A program made the translations under genes and the position numbers. A stretch of DNA of 64,000 nt from Leucoraja ocellata (taxonomy: Eukaryota). The stretch covers positions 806,001 through 870,000 of the forward strand of contig JAWMAR010000182.1 in NCBI GenBank assembly GCA_036785375.1. The letters run 5' to 3'. Shown piece by piece: positions 32,910 to 43,190 of this stretch. The first letter of the stretch is position 1, and each line of letters begins with the position of its first letter. The notes beneath the pieces were generated by a model that was not told the DNA's origin, made no database searches, and worked only from the letters and a program-made list of their open reading frames with translations.

Positions 32910-35900
32910 ATGCAAGATGCTAACATGACAAGAAGGGGTCAGGGAATAACATTTTGTAGTTGGAATGTCAAGGGAATCAATGAACCAATTAAGAGAAGTA
33001 AAGTTTTGGCACACCTAAATCTAATTAAAACAGATATAATATTTCTTCAAGAGACACATCTTAAAAAGCAATCTCAACATAGACTTAAAGCTAAGTGGAT
33101 CGCCGAATCATATCATTCCTCTTTTTCCCACAAGTCAAGAGGAGTAGCAATAGTAATTCGTAAAGGAATACCTTTTGTGTCTTCTTCAATAATAGTGGAT
33201 ATGGATGGCAGATATATAATAGTGGTTGGAGAGTTAAATGGAGAAAAAGTGATCCTCCTAAATGTTTATGGGCCTAACTTCGATAACCCCACTTTCTTCA
33301 ACAAAACATTTAATAAAATTCCTGAATTTGCACAATACAAATTAATAATCGGAGGAGACTTCAATTGTACATTAGACCCATACTTAGATAGATCATCAAG
33401 GCAAAAAAAAACAAAATCCAATTCAAGTGTATTTTTAAATTCATTTATTAATACCACTAATATTAAGGATATCTGGAGAATAGAAAACCCAACCGGACGG
33501 GAATATTCATTTTATTCACCAGTACACAAATCATACTCAAGAATAGATTACTTTTTAGTTGACTCTACGTTTATTCCATTTATTTATAATTCAAAATATC
33601 ACAACATCATAATTTCAGATCACGCACCAGTAACATTTATGATTAAATTAAATGGAATGTCCGAGAAACAAACATATTGGAGACTTAACCCACAAATCTT
33701 GAACGAAAGATCATGCCAGGAATATATTACTAAACAAATCCAAATATTTTTTGAGGTAAATGACAACCCTGACACACCTGCTTCCCTTATGTGGGAGACG
33801 TTTAAAGCGTATGCTCGAGGTACATTAATCTCTGCACAAGCATTTTATAATAAAGAAAACAGGATTAAACAACAAGCACTGGAAAGTGAAATTAAGTTAC
33901 TAGATATAGAAAACGCGAGAACGCCATCTACGTTAAAACATAATAAAATTGCTGTACTGAAATATAAATTAAATAAAATGTACTCAGAACAAGTAATAAA
34001 ACTTTACCAAAAAACTAAACAATTACAGTTTGAATTTGGAGACAAACCACAAAAACTATTAGCACGCCAGTTGCGAAAAATGGAAGGGGAAAAAATAATT
34101 CATAAAATTAGAACAGAGACAGGAGAATTATTAAAAATGCCCAAAGATATAAATGATAGATTTCTACAATACTATCATAACCTTTATTCAACTAAAACGG
34201 TAGCACAACCAGAAGGAATAGCAGATTTTTTAATAAAATGTAATTTAAAAGGTTTAGATGCAAATGATAGAGAATTATTAGAAAGGGAAATTACGATAAA
34301 GGATATTGAGGAGTCAATTGGCTCTCTAAAAAATGGTAAGGCAGTAGGGCCAGATGGTCTAGGTTCAGAATTTTACAAAAAATTTCATGATTTGCTATGC
34401 CCACGCTTGCAAAGACTATATGATTATATCTACACCCAACAGAAACTCCCAGATACCTTAAATGAATCTATAATAACGCTTATTCCTAAAGCTGATAAAG
34501 ATCCGGAAGATCCGGGATCATACAGAGCAATTGCACTTCTGAATACAGACCAGAAAATACTAACTAAAATACTAGCACGTAGATTAAGTACAGTGATGAA
34601 TAAATTAATACACCCTGACCAAACAGGCTTTATTCAGAAACGGTATTCATATTATAATTTAAGAAGATTATTCAATATTATATATACCAAGAGAATTATT
34701 AATGAAGATTTAGCAATAATCTCACTTGACGCTGAAAAAGCATTTGATCAGGTCGAATGGCCTTATTTATTTTCGGTGATGGAAAAGATGCAGCTAGGGG
34801 AGAAATTTTGCACATGGATAAAACTGCTATACACAAATCCTACGGCCAGAATACTTACCAACCAAAGACTGTCATCTAAATTCAGTCTATCTAGAGGGTG
34901 TAGACAAGGATGCCCGTTATCTCCATTACTATTTGCACTTGCAATTGAGCCACTTGCAGAAAGAATTAGGGGGCATCCGGAAATATATGGGTATAACAGT
35001 AAAGACACAGTGAATAAAATTTCTCTATATGCAGATGACGTATTAATTTACATCACAAAACCAGAAATTAGTATCCCAAACCTATTAAAACTAATAAACC
35101 AATTCGGCGCACTTTCAGGATACAGAATAAATTGGAATAAAAGTGAAATTATGCCAATAAGAGAACATAATAAACAGATAATACAACAATTCCCATTTAA
35201 AGTAGTAAATGAAAAATTTAAATATCTAGGTATCTATGTAACTAAGATATATACATCATTATTTAAAGCAAATTTCCCCCCATTATTGAATAAATTACAT
35301 AAGAATATCCAATACTGGAAAACATTACCTATTTCAATGGTTGGTAAAATTAATGCCATAAAAATGATTTTTTTACCGCAAATATTATACCTTTTTCAGA
35401 CGATTCCGATATACCTGGCAAAAAACTTCTTTAAAAAATTGGACTCTATTGTTAATGATTTTATCTGGGATTATAAAAATCATAGGATAAGCAAAAGACA
35501 CTTGTGTAAATCAAAAAATAATGGAGGCTTGGTTTTACCTAACTTTTTGTTTTATTTCTGGGCAGTTAATATTAAAAATATGAACTTCTGGTTGGGAGAA
35601 ATAGACCAGCAACCAGACTGGTTAAAAATGGAAAGGGAAGATTGTATGCCTTATGATATTGGTTCGATATTATTTGCTACGTCTAAATTAAACAAGAAAA
35701 TTTATAGGGAAAACCCTATAATATTTAGTGCTATAAAAATTTGGAAACAATTAAAAAAGACATTAAAATTAGATAACTTATCTCTTTTTCTTCCAATTGT
35801 GAATAATTCATTGTTTAAGCCTTCATGTTTAGACGGGGGTTTTACACAATGGAAGAATAATGGAATTAAAAATATAGGACACCTTTACAAGGAAGGCTCT

Positions 35901-36725
35901 TTTTTGACATTTCAGGAGTTGCAACAGACTTATGGACTTCGAGGAAATGATTATTTCAGATATCTTCAACTCAGAGATTATGTTAAATCGAATTCTAAAA
36001 ATTTTCGAAATAGAAACCCAGAGATTCTTGATGAATGTTGGAATAAGCATCCTAATACAGAAAAATTAATATCTTATATATATAATATCTTATTAGATAG
36101 TGACATTCCTTTGACGGACTTACACAGACAAGCATGGGAAAAAGAATTAAATCAGGTAATAACGAAAGACACTTGGGAAGAAAGTCTACAACACATACAT
36201 CAATGTTCACTAAACGCGAGACATTCTCTAATACAATTTAAAGTAATACATAGGTTACATTACGCCAAAACAAAATTACATAAAATTTTTCAACATATCT
36301 CACCTATATGTGATAAATGTCAACATTTAGAAGCTACGTTATCGCACATGTTTACAAACTGTACAAAAATTAAAAAATTCTGGGTAAATATTTTTAGTAT
36401 AATATCCAAAGTAACCAACACACAACTGGAACCCAACTCAAAATTAATAATACTCGGAATATTAGAATCAAATCAAACACTTAGAATAACACAAAGAAAC
36501 TTTATCGATTACAGTTTAATAACAGGAAAAAAATTAATCCTAAAATTTTGGAAAGGCCCTACGGCCCCCACAATCAAAATGTGGATTATAGAAATGACGG
36601 AGACCTTAAACATGGAAAGAATCAGATTTTCCCTGTTGGATAAACAGGAATTATTCGTTGGAACATGGTCTCCTTTTATTGATTACTTAAAGGGTCAGAA
36701 TAGTTCAGCACAGGAACCTGACTAG
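32910..36725 (+). CDS. L1 ORF2p (APE endonuclease, RT, C-terminal Cys/His motif)
   Basis: SWNVKG, LQETH, GGDFN, SRIDY, SDH; GPDG, LDAEKAFD, RQGCPLSP, LYADD; CDKC..SHMFTNC. The frame is open from 32844. ATG 32910 (or 32925) is my preferred start because it lies just before the EN motif. Confidence 0.95.
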   Translation: MQDANMTRRGQGITFCSWNVKGINEPIKRSKVLAHLNLIKTDIIFLQETHLKKQSQHRLKAKWIAESYHSSFSHKSRGVAIVIRKGIPFVSSSIIVDMDGRYIIVVGELNGEKVILLNVYGPNFDNPTFFNKTFNKIPEFAQYKLIIGGDFNCTLDPYLDRSSRQKKTKSNSSVFLNSFINTTNIKDIWRIENPTGREYSFYSPVHKSYSRIDYFLVDSTFIPFIYNSKYHNIIISDHAPVTFMIKLNGMSEKQTYWRLNPQILNERSCQEYITKQIQIFFEVNDNPDTPASLMWETFKAYARGTLISAQAFYNKENRIKQQALESEIKLLDIENARTPSTLKHNKIAVLKYKLNKMYSEQVIKLYQKTKQLQFEFGDKPQKLLARQLRKMEGEKIIHKIRTETGELLKMPKDINDRFLQYYHNLYSTKTVAQPEGIADFLIKCNLKGLDANDRELLEREITIKDIEESIGSLKNGKAVGPDGLGSEFYKKFHDLLCPRLQRLYDYIYTQQKLPDTLNESIITLIPKADKDPEDPGSYRAIALLNTDQKILTKILARRLSTVMNKLIHPDQTGFIQKRYSYYNLRRLFNIIYTKRIINEDLAIISLDAEKAFDQVEWPYLFSVMEKMQLGEKFCTWIKLLYTNPTARILTNQRLSSKFSLSRGCRQGCPLSPLLFALAIEPLAERIRGHPEIYGYNSKDTVNKISLYADDVLIYITKPEISIPNLLKLINQFGALSGYRINWNKSEIMPIREHNKQIIQQFPFKVVNEKFKYLGIYVTKIYTSLFKANFPPLLNKLHKNIQYWKTLPISMVGKINAIKMIFLPQILYLFQTIPIYLAKNFFKKLDSIVNDFIWDYKNHRISKRHLCKSKNNGGLVLPNFLFYFWAVNIKNMNFWLGEIDQQPDWLKMEREDCMPYDIGSILFATSKLNKKIYRENPIIFSAIKIWKQLKKTLKLDNLSLFLPIVNNSLFKPSCLDGGFTQWKNNGIKNIGHLYKEGSFLTFQELQQTYGLRGNDYFRYLQLRDYVKSNSKNFRNRNPEILDECWNKHPNTEKLISYIYNILLDSDIPLTDLHRQAWEKELNQVITKDTWEESLQHIHQCSLNARHSLIQFKVIHRLHYAKTKLHKIFQHISPICDKCQHLEATLSHMFTNCTKIKKFWVNIFSIISKVTNTQLEPNSKLIILGILESNQTLRITQRNFIDYSLITGKKLILKFWKGPTAPTIKMWIIEMTETLNMERIRFSLLDKQELFVGTWSPFIDYLKGQNSSAQEPD

Positions 36726-37068
36726 CACCCGGACTAAAGATTGGATGAAATGCTATACTTCGAAATGTACGAACATATCTCGAATGATGTTTTTAAACTT
36801 TAACAAATTTTTCCATTCTTCTTCAATTACCTCTTTCACTCCTCTTCCTTTTTTTATTTTTTTTTTATTTCAGTTTTCTTTTTCCTTTTTCCCTCTTTCT
36901 ATTTCATCTATCCCTTTAGTCCTATCTAGTTATAAAAAAAAAACGAAGAAAAATGCAAAAAGTATTGGAGACAATGTAATAATAACTGACAATATTATCA
37001 ATTTAAAAATGATGTAACAGTAATGATGTAATAGATTATGTACCTATCTCCAATAATAAAAAATTAAA

Positions 37069-37108
<40 letters not shown>

Positions 37109-37116
37109 ACACTCAC

Positions 37117-37515
37117 ATCCCACATGTGGGTGTATCTAGGTGTAGGGGGTTTGGTATTAAAGATCCCCTTAAGGAGTCTGATGACCAGAGGGTGGGATCC
37201 CACACTATGCTGTCCTATCGGCATGAGGTATGCGGACAGTGCGCTCCGAGCCGTATTGATGGCACTGTAGCTCATCTTGAGGTCATGGTGCAGGTGGGCC
37301 AGGAACTCCAGCACATCCGAGATCGAAGCCGTCTTGTAGGATGTCCCTGCCTCCAGACAGTACTGTTCCCATTTCCTGATGAAGGTCAGGTACTGTTTTT
37401 TGGTGGAAACTCGCAGGGATGCCGACATGGTGGTGATTGTTCTGTCTGATAACCCCAATCCCCGGTAAGGCCTGTTCAAAATCTGGAAACCAGGAGTTTC
37501 AATTTTTGGTGGCAT
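37117..37515 (-). CDS. DIRS tyrosine recombinase, N-terminal core-binding part (before the L1 insertion)
   Basis: 133 codons (…STKKQY…W…VLEFL…SYSAINTARSALS…HPLVIRLLKG…PRYTHMWD) that join in frame to 30701, giving 336 aa. Confidence 0.9.
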
Positions 37516-39410
37516 GGATGGCTAATGCCAGTTACCGGGTGAGTCAATAATTGGGGGTGGCTATGAAGGACCATAGGTGTCTCTACCACCATGTCGTGGA
37601 ACATTGGGAACCATGGTTGGGTAGGCCAGTCGGGCACGACCAGAATGCCAGAGGCTGAGTCTGCCTGAATTTTCTGGAGTACCCGACTGATGAGGCAGAA
37701 GGGAGGGAAAGCATAGAAAAAGAAATTTCCCCAATCCAGCGTGAAGGCATCTACCGCTGCTGCCTCTGGGTCTGGTTCCCAAGCCACATACATGGGTAGT
37801 TGGTGATTTAACCTAGACGCAAACAAATCTATATCTGGCGTACCATATTGCTTAACAATTTTAGCAAATAATTTTGGGTCCAACATCCATTCGATGTTGT
37901 CGTTGAATTTTCGTGACCTGGTGTCCGCCACTAAATTTAGCTTGCCTGGTAAATAGGCAGCTGATAGCCAAATATGTCTCTCGACACACCATTGCCAGAT
38001 TATAGCAGTTAATTTGTCGCATGATACTGATTTTATGCCACCCATGTGCTGGATATAAGATACTGCCGTAGTGTTGTCGATCATAATCCTAACATGCACG
38101 TGCCGCATATCAGATGCATATGCTTTTAGCCCATAAAAGGCGGCGAGCATTTCCAAAAAGTTAATGCCCAGTGATTGTAGTAGCGATGCCTCTGAGTTAG
38201 TCCATCTGCCACCTGTGCTGTCTATGGAGTTAGTAGCTCCCCAGCCTAAAGCACTGGCATCCGTTGCAATGGTTATGTTAGGATTGGTTACGGCGATAGG
38301 ACTGTGACTGTGCCAAATATTATCAACCCACCACTGAAGTTCTGATTTGGCTTCAGCGGGTAAATCCATTTTGCGATCATAATGCCCCCTGTTAAGGCGT
38401 AATGCATGAGTCCTTGCTCTTTGTAGATTTTGATAATGCAAGGGCCCATGTTGGGCAGCCGGGAATGCTGCTACTATAGAGCCAATAACTCTGGCTACAT
38501 GCCGTATTCTAGGTTGCGGTGTAGCAATTAAATGGCTACAAGCTTCAATGAGTGAAACTGTTTTGTCTCTGGGCAGAGTGACAGTCATGTGAATCGTGTC
38601 AATAGTGAAGCCTAGGTAATCCATGTTAGTAGTAGGCTCCAATATTGATTTATCTGGGTGAAGGATAAAACCCAAAGTTTCAAGGAGTTGTTTAGTGGCT
38701 AACACTCCTGCGACAGCTTGTTCCCGTGTTCTTCCTAATATGAGAACATCGTCCAGATAGGCCACGACTAAATGTTTTAGTTCTCTCAATTTCTTCATGG
38801 CCACTTTAAGAATTTTCGTAAATAGTCTGGGAGCTGTCGTTAACCCATTGGGCAAAGCTCGGTACTGCCATAGCTGGCCCCTCCAGATAAATTTCAGATA
38901 TTTAAAGTAATCTTTGTGAATGGGTACCAAATAGTAAGCATCTTTGATATCTATGCTTGCCATGTAGTATCCCTTGGAGATCAGTTGTCTGGCAGTGACA
39001 AATGTCTCCATTTTGAAATGTTGATACTCAACAGACTGATTAAGTGACGTCAGATCAATAATAATGCGACGGCCACCATCTTTTTTGGTTTTGAGAAAAA
39101 TATTTGATACAAATTCTTGCGGCTCGTGTGTGGTCATTTCTATGATGCCTTTAGCCACGAGCCGATCAAGTTCAGCTTGTCCTTCTACCTTCTCAACTGC
39201 CGAGGGAAGGAACACCCTTTGGGGCATGTGCTGAACTGGCGGTTCTACGCCTGGTTTGAACTCAATTTTGTATCCACTAATACTGTTGAGTATAAACTTA
39301 TTGTTAGTAAGGGAGCACCAAACATGCTTGAAGAACCTCAAACGTCCCCCTGTTAATACTACACCCTTTGTCTGTGTATGTTGACAGGAACCAGACCCAC
39401 CTACCTCCAT
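37476..39410 (-). CDS. DIRS pol: reverse transcriptase, RNase H and adenine-methyltransferase-like domain
   Basis: RT: IDIKDAY, LPNGLTTAP, YLDD. RNase H: TDAS, INFLE, IDNTT, ADTRSR. MT-like: IDLFAS, DAF..DW, YAFPPF, VVPDWPTQPWF. 644 aa uninterrupted. Confidence 0.95.
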   Translation of the reverse strand: MEVGGSGSCQHTQTKGVVLTGGRLRFFKHVWCSLTNNKFILNSISGYKIEFKPGVEPPVQHMPQRVFLPSAVEKVEGQAELDRLVAKGIIEMTTHEPQEFVSNIFLKTKKDGGRRIIIDLTSLNQSVEYQHFKMETFVTARQLISKGYYMASIDIKDAYYLVPIHKDYFKYLKFIWRGQLWQYRALPNGLTTAPRLFTKILKVAMKKLRELKHLVVAYLDDVLILGRTREQAVAGVLATKQLLETLGFILHPDKSILEPTTNMDYLGFTIDTIHMTVTLPRDKTVSLIEACSHLIATPQPRIRHVARVIGSIVAAFPAAQHGPLHYQNLQRARTHALRLNRGHYDRKMDLPAEAKSELQWWVDNIWHSHSPIAVTNPNITIATDASALGWGATNSIDSTGGRWTNSEASLLQSLGINFLEMLAAFYGLKAYASDMRHVHVRIMIDNTTAVSYIQHMGGIKSVSCDKLTAIIWQWCVERHIWLSAAYLPGKLNLVADTRSRKFNDNIEWMLDPKLFAKIVKQYGTPDIDLFASRLNHQLPMYVAWEPDPEAAAVDAFTLDWGNFFFYAFPPFCLISRVLQKIQADSASGILVVPDWPTQPWFPMFHDMVVETPMVLHSHPQLLTHPVTGISHPCHQKLKLLVSRF

Positions 39411-39412
39411 GT

Positions 39413-40624
39413 TTACTTGTGGGGTCGTTTTCGGTGGGTCTGGCCCAAGGTTGTCCGTGTTGGTGCTGCGGTGGGGCGGCGCATCTTCCCACGGCTCCGC
39501 CCTGGGCCCCGCTCTAAAAAAGAGCTCTGGGGGTAGTGGGAGGCGGTCACCAGGCTTTCACCAGCTCGGTATCTACTGGTGGCTGCCGAGGCGTGCGGCC
39601 AACTGGGTGTCTTCACCCTGCTCGGTCCTGGCCCTGCCCTCATGAGGCCTACTGGTTTTGCCGCCTCTTCCAACTCCTTGAGCCTTTTGGCCAGATCTGC
39701 ACCAAATAGCAGCGCCTCTCGTTCGGGCGCTGGAGCTTTACAGAGGCCGGCATATGTTGGGTTGAGGGCAGGCCTGATGTTGTCCCGCCGTAGGCTATTT
39801 AGCTCATAGGTGGTGCTGCACATCAGTGCGAGCGCATCCTGTTGGGGTATGGTCAGGTCTTCATCCCCAACGGACCGAGCAAAGGCGGTGACGGCTGCTG
39901 AGTGGAGCTTCAGGACTCGCTGCATCTTGACTTCCTGAGCCCTGATTTGCTGCCCCAGCTGGTTCCAGATCTGCCCATTGACCGTTTTGACCCTCAGCGC
40001 CTCGCAATTTTCTGGCGCTGTGTAATTGTCAAGGGCCTGCTGGACAGCCTTGTCCTGCAGCGGGTTGTTGGACAGCCTGTTTATGGTGGCCGCCATTCTG
40101 GGTGGCAATACCATCCCAGTTGTTGGGGGCGCTGCATATCGGCCCACTACACCCAGTAGCTCTTCTTCTGGCACGCCCGGCATGCTGATGGTATCCTCCG
40201 CCTGCCCTTGGGATAGGCCAGCCCAGTCCTGGCCTCCCTTACTGCCCTCGAACATAGAGGGTACAGAAGGGTGTGGAGAGGAGGAGGCCAAAGCCCGTCC
40301 TCCTGGGAGATGCCGCATCTCCTCGTTGATCATTCGCTCTAGGAGCTGCCTCATGCAGCTGATCCGAGCGTCTCCCCTTTTCGGTGGGGGAGAGTGTTCC
40401 CGTTCCTCCGATTCATCGGAGGACACCGGCCGGTCGGTCTTATGAGTCGCCTTCCTCCCTGTGCGGGGCGTTGAAATCTGCAGCACTGGGGGCGGCTCGG
40501 TGTCGGGTGAGCGGGAGCGTTGAAAAGGCTCCTCCGCTGCGAGAGGCTGCCGTCCAGCTATGGACCCGTCCTCGGGTGGAGTTGGGCAGGCAGTCCTCCT
40601 GGCTGGTCGCTTGCGAGAGGCCAT
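39413..40624 (-). CDS. DIRS ORF1 (gag-like)
   Basis: 403-aa intact ORF, first after the 5' terminus, stopping 2 nt before the pol ATG. Contains PENC..VN..IW, LNSLRR..IRP and LFG motifs typical of DIRS ORF1 (recalled). Confidence 0.8.
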   Translation of the reverse strand: MASRKRPARRTACPTPPEDGSIAGRQPLAAEEPFQRSRSPDTEPPPVLQISTPRTGRKATHKTDRPVSSDESEEREHSPPPKRGDARISCMRQLLERMINEEMRHLPGGRALASSSPHPSVPSMFEGSKGGQDWAGLSQGQAEDTISMPGVPEEELLGVVGRYAAPPTTGMVLPPRMAATINRLSNNPLQDKAVQQALDNYTAPENCEALRVKTVNGQIWNQLGQQIRAQEVKMQRVLKLHSAAVTAFARSVGDEDLTIPQQDALALMCSTTYELNSLRRDNIRPALNPTYAGLCKAPAPEREALLFGADLAKRLKELEEAAKPVGLMRAGPGPSRVKTPSWPHASAATSRYRAGESLVTASHYPQSSFLERGPGRSRGKMRRPTAAPTRTTLGQTHRKRPHK

Positions 40625-42779
40625 AATTCTCTCTGGAGCGACTCTGTAACAAAAAAGGCACTTACCTGAGGTCTTGTCTTTATGCTGCAGCTGGAGAGCC
40701 TGGCTCCAGCTGCTGCCGCTGTTGCACTGCTGACGTAATGCCGCGCCTGCGCGCTGGGTGGGTTCTTCACGTAGTCACTCACGTGACTCCGAAGTAAAAT
40801 TAAGTATCCAGAGCAAAACAATGCTTGGATCTTTCAAATTCCACATGCATTTTCAAAGTATAAACTGAAAGATATAAATGAAACTTTTACAATATTGTGT
40901 AAGACCTTTTCCTGAGTATTTGACCTGAAAGCAATGACTGTCTACTTACAAGAACTACATGGGAAATCTTCACAAAGACAAAAATAACATTGCATGATTT
41001 CAGTATTTTAATAATCATACAATACTGCAAAAATATGACACATTTATGAGGCTTTTGAATATCATTGTTTAAGCTCTACAGCATAACTGCTGCCATTTTT
41101 ATTCAATCGTTAATACAGAAAGATGCCAAATATAATAATAATGAAAATATCCTTTTCATTTTATTTATTGCTTACATAGATATCACTGGCATTTCTTAGT
41201 TCTGCTGATTACTACCCATTTGTTCAATTGAACTCATAATGCACATTAAGGACTGAGTGACATCTATCATTTGTTTTTCAAGCAATCTCCATTTCCAATT
41301 GTTAATTATCTGTAAAATGGATGACAGATTGTCTTGCATTCAGCCATAGCGCAGTGTGACACTCTCACCTGTGGTTACTTTCTCCTTATATTGCTCTGTT
41401 TTACATTTCAAGCAATCACATTAAAGGGCAGCAGGTGTTTCACTAACATGCCTATTGTTGCAGCTTCCCATTCTCGGTCAGTACAGGTGGATATCAGTGA
41501 CACTTGCTTTATTAATTCCCATATCACAGGCCTAAATCTGAAATGTGGATAGGATCAGCTTCTGAAACATGCAACATGAGACTGAAGTCTCTTGTCAGGG
41601 CTGCAGGGCAGCCACTAGTAGCAAACAAGGTACTGGTCCTGAAGTGTTTCATTAGTGAGTCAAGGGGATCGCATTATCCCTCAGGTAAAGATATCTTACA
41701 TATTAATGAAGGCACTGGCTTAATAAAGTGATGTGGTTGACAGATAAGAGTAAGAAAGTGCACCCAGTCAGATATTTGCTTTGCAAGTGTCAAATTGTTA
41801 ACACTGATGTGTCAATCAATGTTTCTGATCAGATGTTTTTTCTTCTGGAAGGATAAGATTTAACAGGCTTAGAACATATATATACCCACAGTAAAGCAAG
41901 ACTCCTGCATGTCTTTGAATGCAATCATCAGAATGGTTCTGAAACACAAACAATACATGGTAAAAGCTTTAATTGAATGTTATGCAGAATTCTAGTATTG
42001 TAGACTCCCCCCCCCCCCCCTCTCCCACCCCACCACCTCCTGTCCAACCTTTGAAAGCCGATTCATTTCACTTGACACTGCAATTGGGAAAGCAAAGCTA
42101 TAGATGCAAAGCTGACTGTTTAAACACAATGTGTTCTGTATGTTTATTTATAATTAGGCCCTTGGTAGTAAATCATTATGGAATTATCCATAATGTAAGA
42201 CTTAATTGGAAGCGTATTCAGAGTATGTCAAGCACCACCCCTAACCCTATCCTGCACTACTTCTTTATGGAGAGTAACAGACTGACAAAATCAAGGGATT
42301 ATCAGAATATCACATTGTCAATGTCCCAATCAATGTAAAGCTGATCAAATTGTTTGTTGACATGACTATTCTTCCTTGGTTTAAACAGGAAAGATATTAA
42401 TACAGGTCAAATTTCCCCATACACAACAAAACCAGAAGGAAAGGTGAAATTGTCATTCTATGTGTATTGATGTCTATAGATCTAATCTATAATCGTATTT
42501 AAATAATAGTTACATACTATGTGCATTATTTATCTTAATCATTTAGTCTAGACTCGTCATTTTCAGCATATAAAAATGAATTATACCAGTCTGCTGAGTT
42601 AACATTCATAATTGGTTTTGTGATTTATTAATGCCACAAATTCCTTTTAATTTAATTTCTCATATCCTGAAAAATTACATATATAATAAAATAATCTGGT
42701 ATTATTTGACATGGCATCTGAATTCAAAAGACTGATACACAGGAAGGTCAAGACCAAAGTGCAAGGCTGCAAAATGCAA

Positions 42780-43190
42780 GATCCCACCATGTCACATCTT
42801 ACCATCCCCACCTCTTTCTGCTTACAGATGTAACACCTGTCCCTAGTCTGCCTTCCTCACATCCATCCAGGGTGTCCAGCGGTCCTTCAAGACAGAGGTT
42901 CACATGCACCTCCTCTGACCCCATCTACTGCACTTGGTGCTCCTAATGTGCTCTCTTTTACATGAGTGAAACTAAGCATAGTCCAGGTAACAATTTTTCC
43001 TAATACGTACTCAGCCCACCAAGGCCTGCTGGATCTTCTCATTAAATATTTTTTACCCCTCTTTCTGTCCATTGCCAGAGTGAGGCCACATGCAAAATGG
43101 AGGAGCAGTACTTCATATTTTGCATGGTTAAATTGCAACCCAACAGTATGAACATCGAGTTCTCCAAATGTAGGTAGCTAACCGACAAAC
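42780..43190 (+). mobile_element. Penelope-like element, GIY-YIG endonuclease remnant
   Basis: RFTCTSSDPIYCTWCS*CALFYMSETK (GIY..YIG-type) and QSEATCKMEEQYFIF..LQPNSMNIEFS. Confidence 0.75.

Larger units (their letters stand above)
30702..37102 (+). mobile_element. Full-length L1-clade LINE
   Basis: TSD AGAACTACACTCAC at 30688-30701 / 37103-37116. Starts GACTTCCGG, has two intact ORFs, AATAAA at 37055-37060 and a pure 31-nt poly-A (37072-37102). Confidence 0.96.
29596..40800 (-). mobile_element. Full-length DIRS1-type tyrosine-recombinase retrotransposon (interrupted by L1)
   Basis: Inverted terminal core 29669-29704 / 40738-40773 (36 bp, perfect), ICR complementary to both ends, AAT trinucleotide at both boundaries, and gag, RT-RH-MT and YR ORFs in order. 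Confidence 0.96.

Noticed and set aside
32516-32923. 135-aa ORF in the L1 spacer as a third L1 protein
   Set aside because: Low-complexity Phe run from the T-tract and no recognisable motif; cannot be supported without conservation data.
37036-37116. Poly-Phe C-terminus of the 159-aa ORF
   Set aside because: It is the L1 poly-A tail and 3' end read antisense; the real frame continues at 30701.
30090-39410. Prokaryotic or phage system (integrase, RT, Dam methylase) or contamination
   Set aside because: The domain order, ITR/ICR structure and seamless vertebrate flanks identify a eukaryotic DIRS element.
40644-40665. 22-nt GT..AG micro-intron in the DIRS leader
   Set aside because: Too short for vertebrate spliceosomal splicing; the donor more plausibly pairs with a distal acceptor.
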